From positions 3,855,757 through 3,919,756 of the forward strand of contig MU054187.1 in assembly GCA_013239625.1 (NCBI GenBank): a stretch of DNA of 64,000 bases. The letters are read 5' to 3'. Source of the DNA: Lama guanicoe (taxonomy: Eukaryota). The position numbers and the translations under genes were made by a program. Of the stretch, positions 12,330 through 25,983 are shown one piece after another; position 1 is the stretch's first letter; each line of letters opens with the position of its first letter. The notes beneath the pieces were generated by a model that had not been told where the DNA came from, ran no database searches, and was given only the letters and a program-made list of their open reading frames with translations.

Positions 12330-12535
12330 AAACTGCTATATTAAGAAATAGATAAACAGCAAGGTCCTACTGTGTAGCACAGGGAACTATATTTACAATC
12401 TTGTAACAACCTATAATGAAAAATAATACGAAAAAGAATGTACATATGTATAACTGACTCACTGTGCTGTGCATCAGGAACTAACACAACGTTGTGAATC
12501 AGCTACACTTCAATTAAAAAAAACTTTTTTAAAAG
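12330..12535 (+). mobile_element. LINE-1 3' end, artiodactyl type, 5'-truncated
   Basis: 'agataaacagcaaggtcctactgtgtagcacagggaactatat..aactaacacaacgttgtgaatcagctacacttcaatt' followed by an A-tail; homologous to 29350-29530. Confidence 0.88.
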
Positions 12536-14379
12536 ACAGTAAAAGGGGGAAAAAGCAGCTGCTGCTTACCCACCGAGGACAGGGCCAAGCTCTCGCCAGT
12601 CCCCCGTCTCAGACCCCTGCGCCCGGGCCCCAGACAGCCCAGGAGAAAACTCCAAGGACCGAGGCACATCGCATCTCTTCCTGAGCGGCAGTTTCTCACT
12701 GTTACCCTGCGCGTCTGTTACTCCAAAGCTCCATGGAGTCAGCTGTGAGAGCCCCAAACCCATTTTGCAGTTTGAAAGTCCTCCGTAATGCCTTCCCAGT
12801 CGGAGGAAGCCAAGAGCTAACTTCCCCCAAAAGTCACCTCCACAAAGTCCAGGTTTGTTTAAATCAGGTCGAAACGAGGAGCGGAACATTCCGGCTGAGC
12901 CACGCGCCCGCCTCCCTGCCTTCTGCATTCTGCTGTAAGAGCTTCATCGTGGGATGGCGTTTGCTTTTTGGCCAGATTCCTTGAAACGCAACACCAGTTG
13001 ACTTCAGTCTGACGAATGCATGTGGTGTGGCGAGCCAAGGGTTTCCGAGCCCATAGGAGCAAATGGCCATGCTTCCAAAGACACCCCAGAAGGGGAAGCC
13101 TTAGTGTCACATGCTTGAGTGTGAGTGGATGGTAAGATCACGTCAGGGTGTGCAGAGTGACCTCAGTTGATGGCCGCTGGACCCAAGCTGCTGGAGCTGG
13201 TGGCATCTGCTCATCTCACTGATCAAACATTTCTTCCTTTAGGAAGTCCTTCAGCTTTTGTTTATTTGGAAATTTCAGTGATAAATCTTTCCTCCCAAAA
13301 ATCTTGTTTGAGGCCTGCAAAGTCTGGACAAGAGGATACTTTGCAATGATTTTTTACAATCATCCCCCACCCTGGACCACTCAATCAGGGAAGGGCACCC
13401 TCAAGGTCTCCCAGAGAGTTCAGATGGTGGCCCCTGCAGTGCAAAAGGAATTGGTGGTTACCAAGGATAGGTCACCGCAGAGGAGGCAGCATCCTGGGGA
13501 GCCAGGCCCTGGATGGACCATTTCTGGAATCGACAGTTACTAGGTGGAGTCATGTAAATTTGCCATTTTGAGAGTTTCTGTGATATTGGCCACGCTCTGT
13601 GCAGGAGGGCAGGCTAAGTCGGTAGGTTCCTGTCTCCTTCCAGCTGCCTGAGTCTTTGCGAGGATGCCATTTGGATGGACTTATGCTTCTAAGCATCTTA
13701 GGTTGTGTTGATCAGGTGGTCTTGGCAAATTAGCTTTAGTTTGTTTCTTTTCTCCTCTCTGGGGAAAGATTTTCATATTCTTTGAAAATCACACACTCTG
13801 TTGTGTGATTGTTGTCTTTGTTAGGAGAGAGAGAAAGTTAAGACGTAATATGTACTCTTAACACTTCCTCCATTCTAAACTGGCATTTTGTTGTAATTTT
13901 GTGTTTTGTGTTGAGTTTTAAGTGACAGAGCTGTTAGGCAAGTTAGTAAGTGTTTAACCATTATCAAGAACTAAGTTAGATTCAGACTCGCCAAGACAGA
14001 ATTGCTATTTGAAATTCAAGTTATGGATATTTTCCTTTGATTTTTATGGATCTTGCCATTTGTAAACAGGCAGCATTTCAATACTTCTCTTCTCAGCAAG
14101 AGATGATAAAGCGTGAAACGTATTAGCAACCCAGGAGGCTCTCTTTCTTTCTTTCTTTTTCTAAAATGGGGCTGTCTTATTTATAGGTAATCAAAGGAGA
14201 TTGCTTATTGTCGCAGAGAGGGATGGACAGAACATCAAATCCTTTTGTTGTTTGTTTTTTTAAGTATAGGCTTGCAAAGAATCACGAGGCAGTATGCTGG
14301 TAGGGAGATGGGTATTTGAAAAAGGAAAATGTAAAGGTGAATTGTTTCTAATTAGAAAAGTTACCACTTACCCAACAAA

Positions 14380-14780
14380 AAAAGAGATCAGAGTCATCCA
14401 AGACCATCGCACACTCGAATTTCTGTTACTCTGCACACAAATCCAGGGAATTTTCTCTAGGGCGCTGCTGAAAGCTGTGTATAGGGCATCCCCCTGGGGG
14501 CGCTGGGCCTCTGACACAAAGCTGCCTCTAGGTGGGGGGTTGCTCAGGAGAGCTGGGGGCAGGAGTGGGGGGCTGCTGGCACTGCAGGAACCTGCTGGAA
14601 GCAGCAAGCAGGAAGCAAAACCCTCCTGTCCCGTCTCCCCAGTGGCCTTCACTGACAAAGCTTAACATCCCACCAGCTGGCAAAGCCAGAGTACAGAGTA
14701 ACGTGGCTCAGAGACATTTTCAGAGAGCAAGCCAAAAGGGTGGATTTGGAGCTGAGGGCCAGTAAAGGGCTAACTCTGCT
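14380..14780 (-). mobile_element. LTR33-like ERVL LTR relic
   Basis: 'aagggtggatttggagctgag' and 'ccagctggcaaag' match the reverse complement of the LTR33 5' region as I recall it. Confidence 0.55.
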
Positions 14781-15700
14781 GTCAGAGAGACGCTGCTCCA
14801 GAAATACAGAAGGGACAGCTGCACGTGAGAGAATACAGGGGAACAGGGCGCGTGGGGGCTCAGCCCTCCCTCCCGCCGAGAGCCTGCCCTGCCTCGGCCT
14901 TCCTGCCTGTTTGCTTTCCTTACAGTGCGCTTGGCCGTGATGTTGGAATGGAGGGGTGCTCTGAGAAACAGCTTTGTGAAATTTGGGCTACGGCCATGGA
15001 AAAACACTGTTGTCCTTACTCCTCACGCTACAGAGGGTGCTCCAGGGAGCGGTCCGGAGGGGCTTCTCTCTGGACGCCCTTCTCGTGAGCAGTAGGTGGG
15101 TCTCCCTTGGGACGTGAAGAGCAGTGGGGTGGCACCTGCCCCCCGGTTCATGCTCCCTCAGCACAGTCACCGCTGGGTATTGACTTGTGCAGCTGATGGG
15201 ATTCAGAGGAGGCTTAAGAAAGAAAATAATCAAGGGTGGAGATTTGAAAAGGAAACATAAAATGAGATGAACACAAGCACTGGTAATATAAATAGCCTTC
15301 TCCCCGCAGAACATAAAATTTGCCCTGACTTCTCTTTCCAGCCGCCTCGTGAATCAGCTGGTGCTTGATGATCGATTGCAAACGACTGCGACTATTAACT
15401 AACGTGACCTGGGAAACGGCGTCTGGGTGACGTCTGCACGTGGGTCGTGTGTTTGAATTTAGTAAAATAGACTCCAAAAGAGATTACATTTTCTAAAGTC
15501 ACTTAGGTTTTATTCTTTTTTCCCTGCTTTTTTCTTTTTGTTTATCTAATAATAATTGGTTACTTTTTTTTAATTTATTAGATGGCTAAGGAATAAATCT
15601 TGCTGAATAAATTCTACCTATAATAAAAGGCAAAAATCATCATTGAAAGGGGAAATTTAGAAGGAAAAAAAAGAGAAATTCTGAAAAACTACCTTTGTTC

Positions 15701-16188
15701 TGTCAACTGAAATAAACGTGCAGCCTATAAGTTGAGTTATGTTTTATTTGGCGGACATTTCTGGGGACTCGAACCTGGGATGACAGCCCCTCAGGTCGCT
15801 CTGAGGGACTGCTCGGAAGAGGCAGGGGAGGACCCAGGATATATAGGAGCTTTAAAACAAAGACCTGGGAGTTGGAACAATAAAAGATTACTTGTTACCT
15901 AAAGAAAACCAGGCACCTCAAGTAACAGAATTCAGTGCTCTTCTGTGTATGGGAGGAAGCAAGCATTTGGGCTCATTGAATTCATTCCTTTGACAAGCAC
16001 CTAGCTATCTAGGGCCAGTGTCCTGTCCTTTGTTATTCTGAGTCCCCTCAGGGTGCACCACTGTGAGTGGCTGCAGGCGCCGGGCTGCAGGCTGGTCCTC
16101 GCTGGGGGGGGGGGGGGCAGCCGCTGATGACTTGATGGCTTCAGCGTTCTTTGTTTACTGACACGATCTGCAGTGTTTTTTGTTCCCA
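15701..16188 (-). mobile_element. ERV1 solo LTR (MER41-related artiodactyl type)
   Basis: TG...CA termini, minus-strand AATAAA ('ttttatt' ~15742) and TATA ('gatatatagg'), plus 'gctctgagggactgctc', 'gggctcattgaattcattcctttga', 'ctatctagggccag'. Confidence 0.78.
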
Positions 16189-17746
16189 ATGCTTATGTTT
16201 AATTTGGTTTGTTCAAGTCTGATGAGGGATCTGTGTTGAGCTGCTTTAAATTTCTCTGGGTTTTCATATCTGCAGTTCTTCTTTCTCCACTTAAGATCCG
16301 TCTAGTTTCTTACGGGCAGGAACCATGTAGTCTCTGCTCGAAACAAACTAAAGCAAAGACACCCTGAAAATTGGCTTCAGTAGGCTGCTGCGCTCACCCA
16401 CAGACGGCACGGACAGCTAACCGACGAGAACGTTCAGTGGCAGGATCCTATGTCTACCGAAGAACCCCAAAGAGCAGTTAATAAAACGTGTTCTCTCAGT
16501 AGCTTCTTGCTCCTTTCCTGCCATAAGAAGTTGAGGGTTGTCGCATTTGCCAGCGACATTTGTGCTTCCAACCCTACCATTTGGATTATTTTTGTTAGTT
16601 AGTAAACACATTAATTCTCTTTTAAAAAGGAAACAAACTTACAATGTAAGCCAAGAAATCTTTTTCTAGATGCTTCTGCATGGCTCAGCCCCTCTTCCCG
16701 GTTACTCAGGGGGTCGGGATGAAGTTTCCCTGTTCAGTGAGTTTCTGCTTCACGGGAAAAACACTTGAGAGCAGCTGGAACCAGTGTCTGTCAAATAAAT
16801 ATAAAATCCTAATTAGGCAGAATGAAAGTCCCCGGAATATTTTATTGTCATAACCATTCCCGAAGCAGTGTTTGGCTTGTCTTGGGAGCTCCTACTCTGG
16901 CATTTATGATCGAACTTAGCAGGCACACAAGCCCTTGGAGGCTGGGGTGATGCTTTCTGAATGTATATTCAAATACTTGTACTGAAATCAAGAGACTAAA
17001 AGAAAAAGAGTCAGTTAATTCTAGAAGAGATTATCATTCAAATGATCTGTAAGAAAAAGCAAAGCAGCATTGTTCCTCTCCAAGAAGACTGAAAAGATAA
17101 TTAGACACCAAAACATTACTGGGGAAAGAAAGAGCGCAGTGACTTCTAAAATTCACAGAAATAAAAGTCAGCACGAGAGACCCAGACCCTCCTCAGCACG
17201 GGTGAGAGGACTGCTTAATGTGGACGAATTAAGGAGTTAGGGTAAGTTTTGTATGGTTCCAGAGTATTCCTTGGATTATTCAAGGAATTAGAAACTGGTA
17301 CATTTTATATTCGCCTTTGTATTTAAAATGGGCAATAGGATGCATCTTGCTAACATATTCCTAAATCAGTATGCATGTTTTAAAAAGCCAAATTCAAGGA
17401 CACAGTTTCACATAAATTACGTGTTGGTGGTTCTTGCTGCTACCGTGAACGGCCACCTCTTCCTCTTCCAGGAGTCAGACCCAAGTAAGGGACATGTAGG
17501 CGCTGGAGAGGCAGAGAACAGAAGGCCAGCTTTCTGACTTATCAAAGCCAGATGCGAGAAGGGGGATTGAACTCATTCGTCCCCTCTGAACAGTTCGGTC
17601 CCCAGCATTGCTCGCCTTCCCCTTCCAGGGTCAGAGACAGTCGTCCTCCCGAGGCCCGTGGCTCCAGGAGAGGATGCTCGGTTCCTGGAGGAGGCCAGCC
17701 GGCGGCGAGCGCTCCCAGCATCTCCCGAGGGCGCGCAGAGGGGCCG

Positions 17747-17765
17747 GTGCTGCCCCCTAGCGGAC
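17747..17765 (-). promoter_or_regulatory. Strong CTCF-like motif in a CpG-rich patch
   Basis: Reverse complement reads gtCCGCTAGGGGGCAGCac, a close match to the CTCF core; the surrounding 17640-17810 is CpG-rich. Confidence 0.6.
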
Positions 17766-19319
17766 GGACCCGCGGGGGCAACAGCGACCGTCTGTGGATG
17801 CTGCCGTGTCTTCTCATCGGGGTTTGCTGTCCTATTTCTCCTGGGCTTCTGGCCTTTCTAGGCCTGGTGGTGGCAGTGCCTCAGAGGTACCCTTATGGAG
17901 GCAGTGGACACACACTGAAATGAAATGTCACCATCAGAGTAATGAACGACCCCAGTGAAGATGACAACTGGCAAGTGTCTAAAGCTTGAAGCAGCCGCGG
18001 AGTTTATCACTGAGCTCAGGGGTGAAACAGACGTGTGCAGCAGAGCCAGCCAAAGTGTCACAAAGGGGCACGGCGCCCACCAGTGCCGGGAACGTAAGGC
18101 CCACACAAACCGCGAGGGCATGTGGGTTCCGGACACCCCCCTTGTCTCTGTGGGACTTTGAGCGAGTTAATCAAGCTCTCTGTGCCCCCATTCCCTCATC
18201 AGAAAAATACAGAAACTACCCAAAGGGTACTGGGCAGGGATGGCACCTGCTAACTGCCTAGTCCGACACCTGGCATGCGGCAGGTGGCTAAATATTCGCT
18301 GAATGAACAGTGGGAACTAAAAACATTAGTTGTGCACTGGAAGCAAGTTAAAGACGCAGAAAGCCCTCCTTCTATTATTAGTTCGTAAGAGCCCGAGAGG
18401 GCAGGGGATCGGGCTCCAGCCCTGCCCCCACCACCCTGAACTGCAGACACTAGGCAGTTGTCAGAGAGGCTTCATTTTCTGAATAAGAGAAAATAAGTAA
18501 ATGATAGTGCCTTTCAACGTTGTGTTTGGATCAAGGGAACGTACAAGGAGCATGCAGTTTGGGGAAAAATCTTTCCAGAATGAACTTCGGGATATAATTG
18601 TGGCCTGGAACTACAGGGAAATGCTACCGTTGTGCTTAAGTCGGGCGTGGTAAGTCCCCTTTGACACCTTTGTGGACAAAATGGTAACTGTAGATGCAGA
18701 CAGGCTGATGACACAGTCAGGCAGACTGGCAAGCAGGTGGTTGAACACCGTTTGTCTGAAATGCTGAATAACGGCTGATGACAGCGTAGGAAAACGAGCT
18801 CCTGGAACGCCTTCCTTCCGTGACAGCGAGCAGGCCGCATTTAATAACGAGAGAGCCCTGCAGAGAGGGCATGAAGATTATTCATGGGTTTTCAACATTC
18901 ACATTTAGACACTTCTCTACAATTCCATCTTTCTTTTTGGAGGACCTGCTGATTTAATCTAACATATGCCATTTAGTAAATGTTAAAGTTCACTACATGA
19001 AAGGAAAATAGTGAGTCTCTAACACTCAGTCATGAAGCTTTTATTGTAACTGTACCGCACTTAGAATTATCTTAAAAGTAAAAATGAAAATTGTTCGCCC
19101 TTTCGTGAAATCTTCACCTATTCAGGGCCAGGATTGTTACCAGTCTTTTATAGTTTGATCTCATCCGACTTCACCGTAAGTCCCTCTTTAATGCGTTAAG
19201 TTGATAAAAGTGGAACGACAGGTGGCTCTGAGGGATCAGCGCATCCTTGTTGGTTGGTTGTGGTCCTTCATCCCTTTAGCGCGCTAACAAAGTCTTCTTT
19301 TGTTTGGGTCGCTGAGGCT

Positions 19320-19770
19320 TCAGGGATTGAAAGGTGATTGATCCAGGTTAATTAGAGTAGCCCCGTTTCTTCCGCCGTGGTTGGTACAGGGATGTGTATG
19401 GGGCCCAGTTCTGGCCAGTAAGCTCCAATGGGAATTCTGCCGGAAGTTTGGGGAAAGATTTCTTTCTTTGATCTGGGGTGGAGTGGGGAGGGAGACAACC
19501 CCCCCCCCCGCCGACTTCTCTTCCTTCTTTGGAGCCGCTTTGTGAACACACAGTGTCTGTAAGGCAACACACAGACAAAAGCCCACATGCTGAGGACCAT
19601 GGGGTGAAGGATGAGGAATGCTGCTGTGTGCCTGGTGGCATCACTGGGGAGCCGGACCATCCCTGGGATGGCTGCCTGCTTCTGAATGGGTACTGAGCCA
19701 GCAATGCGTTCAACCACTGCTGCATGGCCTTCCCATCCCTTGCTGCTCAACAGATCCTAACTGATGACAA
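19320..19770 (+). mobile_element. MLT1 (J/K-like) MaLR LTR relic
   Basis: 'ggcccagttctggcca', 'tggggaaagatttct', 'cacatgctgagga', 'cctggtggcatcactg' and the end 'atcctaactgatgaca'. Confidence 0.6.
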
Positions 19771-21399
19771 GACATCCCTAATTTTTGGTAGCCCCCCAGA
19801 ATAATTTCTCCCAGCTATTCCGGTACAAGATTAAAACCCTGCATGTTCTGAGACAGTGTATCAGCTCCTCCAAGAAGTTAATGCAACCTCCGGGGGCTCC
19901 ACTGAGAGGGGAAGACATACTGTCTGGCCACTGAGATAGTGTTTTGTTGGTTGGTTTATAGTGTTCGCTTGCACATGATCTGGAAATTAAATTAATTTGA
20001 AGGCCCCCTTTTAGATGGATGATTTGGAGATAGCATTTAAACATAAAAAAGATTTATGTGTACTGAAGGGGTAAAACTAAAAATAAATGAGATCTGACAT
20101 TCTCTTTTAGTGCATTTTCCACTTTTATTCTCTGTGCCAGTTGATTTATTACAGCTTTTTGGCTGTGAGCTTATCACATTGCAATCTTCCCTAGGAAAAA
20201 GCAATTTGAAGGTTGTTGTGGCTGAAGGCACAGTGTGATGGCGGGAAATCAAGTAAATTACTGACTTTTATTTAAGATTGTCAACTTGATGAATAGAATG
20301 AAGTTGACTTAAAACAGACAGGACCTGATAAAAACAATCTCTTTCTAACAGGTGGAAGGCATGTGAAATGCTGGTTAAAAAAAGCATATTTGGTTCCTGT
20401 GTAATAGAAATTATGCCTTTAGCTACTTTTGAAAACATAGAGAATTAAAACAAGCTGAGGCATAGAATCTTCTGAACCAAATTCTTTTAAAAATAATGCC
20501 TGTTTTAACAAAGTTTGAAATCATAGACATACCTTTTCCTTTTATCTTTGGTAGGAATTTTTAATTCTTTGAAAATTATTTTTACTTAGTTTGTTATTCG
20601 AAAAGAATACGTCTTTTTGGAATCAATTTTATTTTCTAATTTGTTGTAAAATCCTAACCTTGTATGGGTAACCTTGTGCTCTGTGATTTTTCTTTAATGT
20701 AGTGCTTCTGCAGGCTCTGAGAGTCCCTTAGTCAGTCTGACTGATTCGTCACCTTGTGGGCTGCCTCCTCTGTGCCCTTTGGTAGGGGAAGAAGACCTCA
20801 AATTACCCCACAGACAGATACGCTCTTAGGATTATGAGACTCTGTATTAAAGAGTTGCGAAGGAACAGCATGTGGATTCTGATCGGGTTTGAGGGTCTGA
20901 AGTCTGAACTGAAGTCTGAAAGGCAAACCAAATCTATGGACCAATACTGTTTTTATCCAGTGGTTTCTTGCCCCCTTGGTAATTCGATCTTCCGTATAGG
21001 TGTTGTGTTCAGGTGACCTTCCTCTGCCAGTGAACTGGGCAGAGCCCCAGGGAGTGACAGGAGAGCCGGCAGCATCACAGGGAGGCTTAAAGGCAGTTAC
21101 CAAAAGTATCCCAGGAAGAGGGCTTCTGGAGGAAGACCCAGAAGAATCGAGAAGAGACGGGAAAGATCAACTGGCAGGTTCTGGGTAGGAATATAAATAG
21201 CTCTGTTCTGTAGCTTTTGGATCCAAGCTGATAAATCTTACCTAGGAGTAATTTTATTTAATTTCCATTTTATGTCATTCAGTCGTGTAGCAACTGGTAG
21301 GCTGTCCGAGGGATAACAGTTTGAGGGCATTAACTTGAGGAAGAGCCAGTCCAGCCCTGCACCTGGAAAAGGGTGGGTTTCCAGCCCTGGAAGACGTGC

Positions 21400-21760
21400 T
21401 TCCCGGGGGCTGGCTGTTGTCTTTTTCATCCATGACTCTCTCCCCTGTGCCCGGAGCAGGGCCAGGCACGTTGAGTGTGCAGTGAGCGCCTGCAGAATGA
21501 ATGAATGAATGAATGAATGAATGTCTCAAAGTGGAAGTGCCCCCATGGGGCTGTGCGTGCATTAGAAAGGATGTTTTCAGCTCAGATATCTGTTCTCTCT
21601 GCCACTCACAGTCCCAACTTCTGCAGAAAAGGGCAGAGATTTCCCCCAGACTGTGAGATTCTGGAAGATAAAGAATGTTTTATTCTTGTTTTTAGCCTCA
21701 GAACCCAGTGCTTGGGAACTGGTGGTTCCTCCGTGAATCTGTGTAGACAGGTTGAGTTTT
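21400..21760. mobile_element. L2 3' end relics with a (GAAT)n tract at ~21496-21522
   Basis: 'gggccaggcacg..gaatgaatgaatgaat' and 'agactgtgagattctggaagataaagaatg'. Confidence 0.55.
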
Positions 21761-22829
21761 AGTGCTGCTTTGGGACCAGCACCATCCCTTTCAGGGGCTC
21801 TGGGCTTCTGGACTTAAAGAGTCTGGTCTGCGGGTCACCTGAGGAGGGAGATGCCCTATTCATGCTGTCCCTTTGATCAGTCCCGGAAACCTTTGCAGCG
21901 GCACCAAGGTGTGTGTCCCTGCTTTCCGTCACGCCTGGATCTATGAGGCAGCGTTACAGGAAGGACTGGGGTTCAGTGCTAACATTTTCATCGTATCTGT
22001 GGACTTTCACAGCTCTCGTCTTCTTCCAGGATTGGAGAATTTCTAAAGATGTATGATAGGCAATACAGCATTATTCAAGTTTAAGGTATGAACCCCACAC
22101 ATTTATCAGAAACAAGAGTGAAACATTTAAAATGTTAATCTGCACAATATCTAAAGGTTTTTATTGAACCATTTCTTTGATCTCTCCTTCCCTTCTTTCC
22201 CTCCCTCCCTTTCTTCCTTTACAAAAAATAATAATGAAAAACAGCTTTATTGGAACTTCAGTATGTGTAAATTGAAGATAGAGGAATGGATAAGGAATAT
22301 TTGCTGCCCTCAAAACTCCCCCTTTCAAGTGGTGGAATAAGTAGGTAAATGTCAAAGGGTACTTGTGATACCCTGAGTGAGACACTAGTAGAAGTTCGAA
22401 GAGTTTCATGAGAACACAGAGGAGAGGTTTGCTTAAAGAAGAAAAAAGGATGGATGAAGATGACAGTGACATTGCATATATTCACACAAAGGGTGCTGCA
22501 TACTTGGCACCCATCCATCTTCACATTAGAGAGGAAGAAAAGGATGAATGAAGACGAACTTCTCACAGACAAAGTTCACTGGTGCAAACAATCAATGGGT
22601 TAAATGTGGGATTTTTGTTTGTTTATTTGTTTGGACTGTTTTCAGGCAGGAAACAGAAGAAGAAAGGGTGGGGGAGGCCACAGGAGGCATGTAAGTTGGA
22701 CATTTGTGAGCCCAGAGCATCAGCTCCTGCGAGGCAACCTCTGTGAGGTGGGGAATGTGCACTCCTGGTATCATGGAAAAGGCCAGGAAAAGAAATGGAC
22801 TACAGCTCTGGTGTGAAAGCATTGCTCGA

Positions 22830-23700
22830 ACGTGGTTTTTAAAGTTGTATATTTTGAATTTTCTATTATGGAAAATTTCAAACATTTGCACCAGTAGAAA
22901 GAATAGTGTAAGACATAATAGTAAAATCATGAAATGATTTCCCCGTCCCATACCCATCAACTAATTTCAGCTGTCATCAACTCATGACCAGTCTAATTTG
23001 ATTTATATTCCCCACAACCCTCCACAGGATTATTCTGAATTCTAGATGTCATATAACTGCATCTGTAAATGTTTCTGTTTCAGGTTAATATTATTTTTCT
23101 AAAAACACAGCATGATACCGCTATCTCATCTAAAATATTAATAATGATTTCTAAACATCAAATTATCCAGTCAGTTTCATATTGTCATATAAATTCCCCC
23201 CCCCCAGTTGATTTGTTTGAATCAGGATCCAAACAAGGTTCACACATTGCATTTGATTGAGATGTAGTTTAAATCTCTTTTCCCTGTGGGTTTCTACTTT
23301 CTGACCTCCTTAGTTCCCTACAATTTATTTGTGAAAGAAGCTACATTGTTTATCCTGTAGCATTGCCCACCTTCTGGACTTTAGTGATTCCACACCCATG
23401 GTGTCAGTTAGCATGTTTTTCTAGATTCTGGTTAGATTTAGACATCTCATCAGATTCAAGTTTAATTTTTTTGGCACTCATACTTCCTAGGAGGTGATGT
23501 GTATTTCTACGATGAGATGCATTCCTTTTGTGTAATATTGAGATTGATGGATGCATTTGTATGTTATCAGCCTGATCCATTCCACTGTGATCATCCCATC
23601 AGCTGTTCACTGCATGATTTTGGTAACCACCCACCATCATTCCCTAAACCCCTTATTTCATTATGGGCTGCAGATGGCAATATTCTCATTGAACATAGAT
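22830..23700 (-). mobile_element. Old L1M (L1MC/ME-like) 3' region
   Basis: 'ttattatggaaaatttcaaacat'-like start, 'ttgtttgaatcaggatccaaacaaggttcacacattgcatttg', 'atcagattcaagtttaatttttt'. Confidence 0.65.
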
Positions 23701-24014
23701 GGTGAATCCCACTAAGATTTGAACCTGGGTGGCTGAATTCAAAGTCCAGTGTGTGAAAGTGAACAACTCTGAGTGACCTAGAAAATGATCATTCTTTCTC
23801 AAATGTCATCTTCCATACCGGTAGTGCTTTGTTGCATCATCAGTTTACAGTCCTTTTATATCATTTTTAAGAGTTCTTGAATTATAATGAAGGGGGGAAA
23901 GAAATATTGTAAATGCAATTTTCTCTTTAATCTGAACATGGATAACTTCAAAATGAATAGAGCTGTAAGCAGAAGAAAAGAAGGCATTCCAATACCCTTC
24001 GAAAGTTCAGTACC

Positions 24015-24610
24015 TGTTACAGAACCTAAGCCTGTCTACTAGCACCAGGTTGTGGTGAAGGACAGTACAGCATTTATTGCAGGGTGTCAAGCAAGGAGAA
24101 TGGGCAGCTCACGCTCAAAAGACCCAAACTCCCCAATGGCTTTCAGACAAGGGTTTCTAAAGAGTGTGAGGGAGAGGGTCGCAGGGTGTGTGATCAGCTT
24201 GTGCTCGATTCTCTGAGTGGTTGATAGTGAGGTAACAGGGTAATGTTTGGGAATCTCAATTATCAATTTTCTGACTCCAGCCAGTCTAGGGTCTACATAT
24301 GCGAGTTGTCAGCATGCAGTCGATGTCTTCCATCTGGTGAGGGTTTTAGTATATGCAAAACAGCTCAAGGGCATGGCTCACGATATTTTCTAAAGCCCTT
24401 GAGGAGGAAGTAAAGGTCCTTGACTTTGTTGTATGGCTAAACTATAATAATTTCATCTTGCTTGACTGCTTTCTCACTTATCTGATTAAATTTGTCCTTT
24501 GGAACTTGGGGAAGGCCTAGGAGACTAAAGCGTTTCTACGATGAAGAGAGGGAGTACAAGGTAGGGGATGTCTGTCCCCGTGTCCCTGGGAGGGGTTCTG
24601 CTCAGTTTCA
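24015..24610 (-). mobile_element. ERV1 solo LTR (LTR39-like artiodactyl type)
   Basis: TGTTAC...TTTCA termini, near-TSD tacc/tatc, minus-strand AATAAA ('tttatt'), 'aaggagaatgggcagctcacgctcaaaagacc', 'gcccttgaggaggaa.taaaggtccttgac'. Confidence 0.82.
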
Positions 24611-25661
24611 TATCTCCCTTTAGACAATATTTGAAACACAATTCAGCATCTGAGTTGTTGTCGGTGAGATACGCTGCCATTGTTAGATGATTTGGTGGTC
24701 ATGTTCCTTCATTCATGTCTACTGGATCCTTCTTAAACTTTATGCATCACTGATGCATTATGTTTCTGTATTTATTTGCTTTTTAAAAGTTAATATCCTT
24801 ATTTTTTAGATGGCAGTGCCAATGAGGAGCAGACCCACAGTGTGTCGATTTGACAAAGTTAGAACAGCAGAGCAGATGTTCCGAGGCATCCCTTAGCAAA
24901 GGCTTTGGTGAAAATGGCCCCTTCACAATGGTGTGCCATTGAACGCGGCCTTGGTGGCACACTCAAGTCTTCATGAGCTGTCGTGTATGGATTTCACTAA
25001 TACGTGCAGGCCTCTTGCAGCAGGAGGGCTTTGTGGGTGTGATGTGCGTAGTTACACACAGCCACAGTCAGAGGGCCCTGTGCTGGCTTAAGGCTCTACC
25101 TTCCCTGTTTTGAAATTCTTGATCATTTTATCTTTGAACTTGTGTTTTGTAAGTGAGGTCCCATGGAATGATGGAGAATGCACGTGAGCAGAGGAGACCC
25201 CGGAAATCTGTTTTGGTAGATCCTTGCCGCTCTGTTTGCATATAGCATTTGTGACTCTCCATCAGCACAGAACTCTGGTGGACCCACGGCTTGTGGGATT
25301 TCAGCAAAACAAATTGGGTGCAAGAGAAGCATGTTACATCCATGACTGGTAACAGCCCCAAGAGGCTGCACTTTCCTTTTGAACCAGGACTTGCTTTGAA
25401 CACAGGAGGAAAGCAGTGATGTCCTAAGGAATCAGAGAATGACCAGGGATCCCTTTCTGACTCATGTTGTGTGGGCCAAACACATGCTGACATGACGCTG
25501 TCCGATGGTGCCCGCCCCTTCTCCCTCAGTCTTCCCTCGTGCGCCCGTGAGCCGAAGGTGGAGTGCTGATGGCGTGCGCGCGTGTCGGGGGCAACAGTAG
25601 AATACTTGACTTCGCTTTGTGCTGTGATTCCCCTGTTCTAGTAACAACGCGTATGTCAGCA

Positions 25662-25983
25662 GGAGTTACCAAATGCAAATTGCATAATTTGGTGATTCTG
25701 CATATGAGCTTAATGTTCTTATCTTTGCTTTAACGCTGCACAATATAAGGATGGATAGTAGAATTTCTGCCAGTAATTAAAATTTTCACTTTTTTATTTA
25801 CTTAGCACAACACTAATAGCAAATAAAAAAACATCATGACCAGTCGAGAGAGAGAGACCATGAAAGAGAGGGAAAAGCTTTGTATTTCAGTACATTTTAA
25901 TGGCACTTTTGTGCTGCTTTTTGAACAACTGATTTGACATTCTTGTTCTGCCTGCGGCCCTGCAGACCATGTGGTCAGTTCTG
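25662..25983. mobile_element. hAT-Tip100 (MER45-like) DNA transposon relic
   Basis: Terminus 'ggccctgcagaccatgtggtcagttctg' preceded by 'ctgctttttgaacaa' resembles the MER45 end. Confidence 0.5.
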
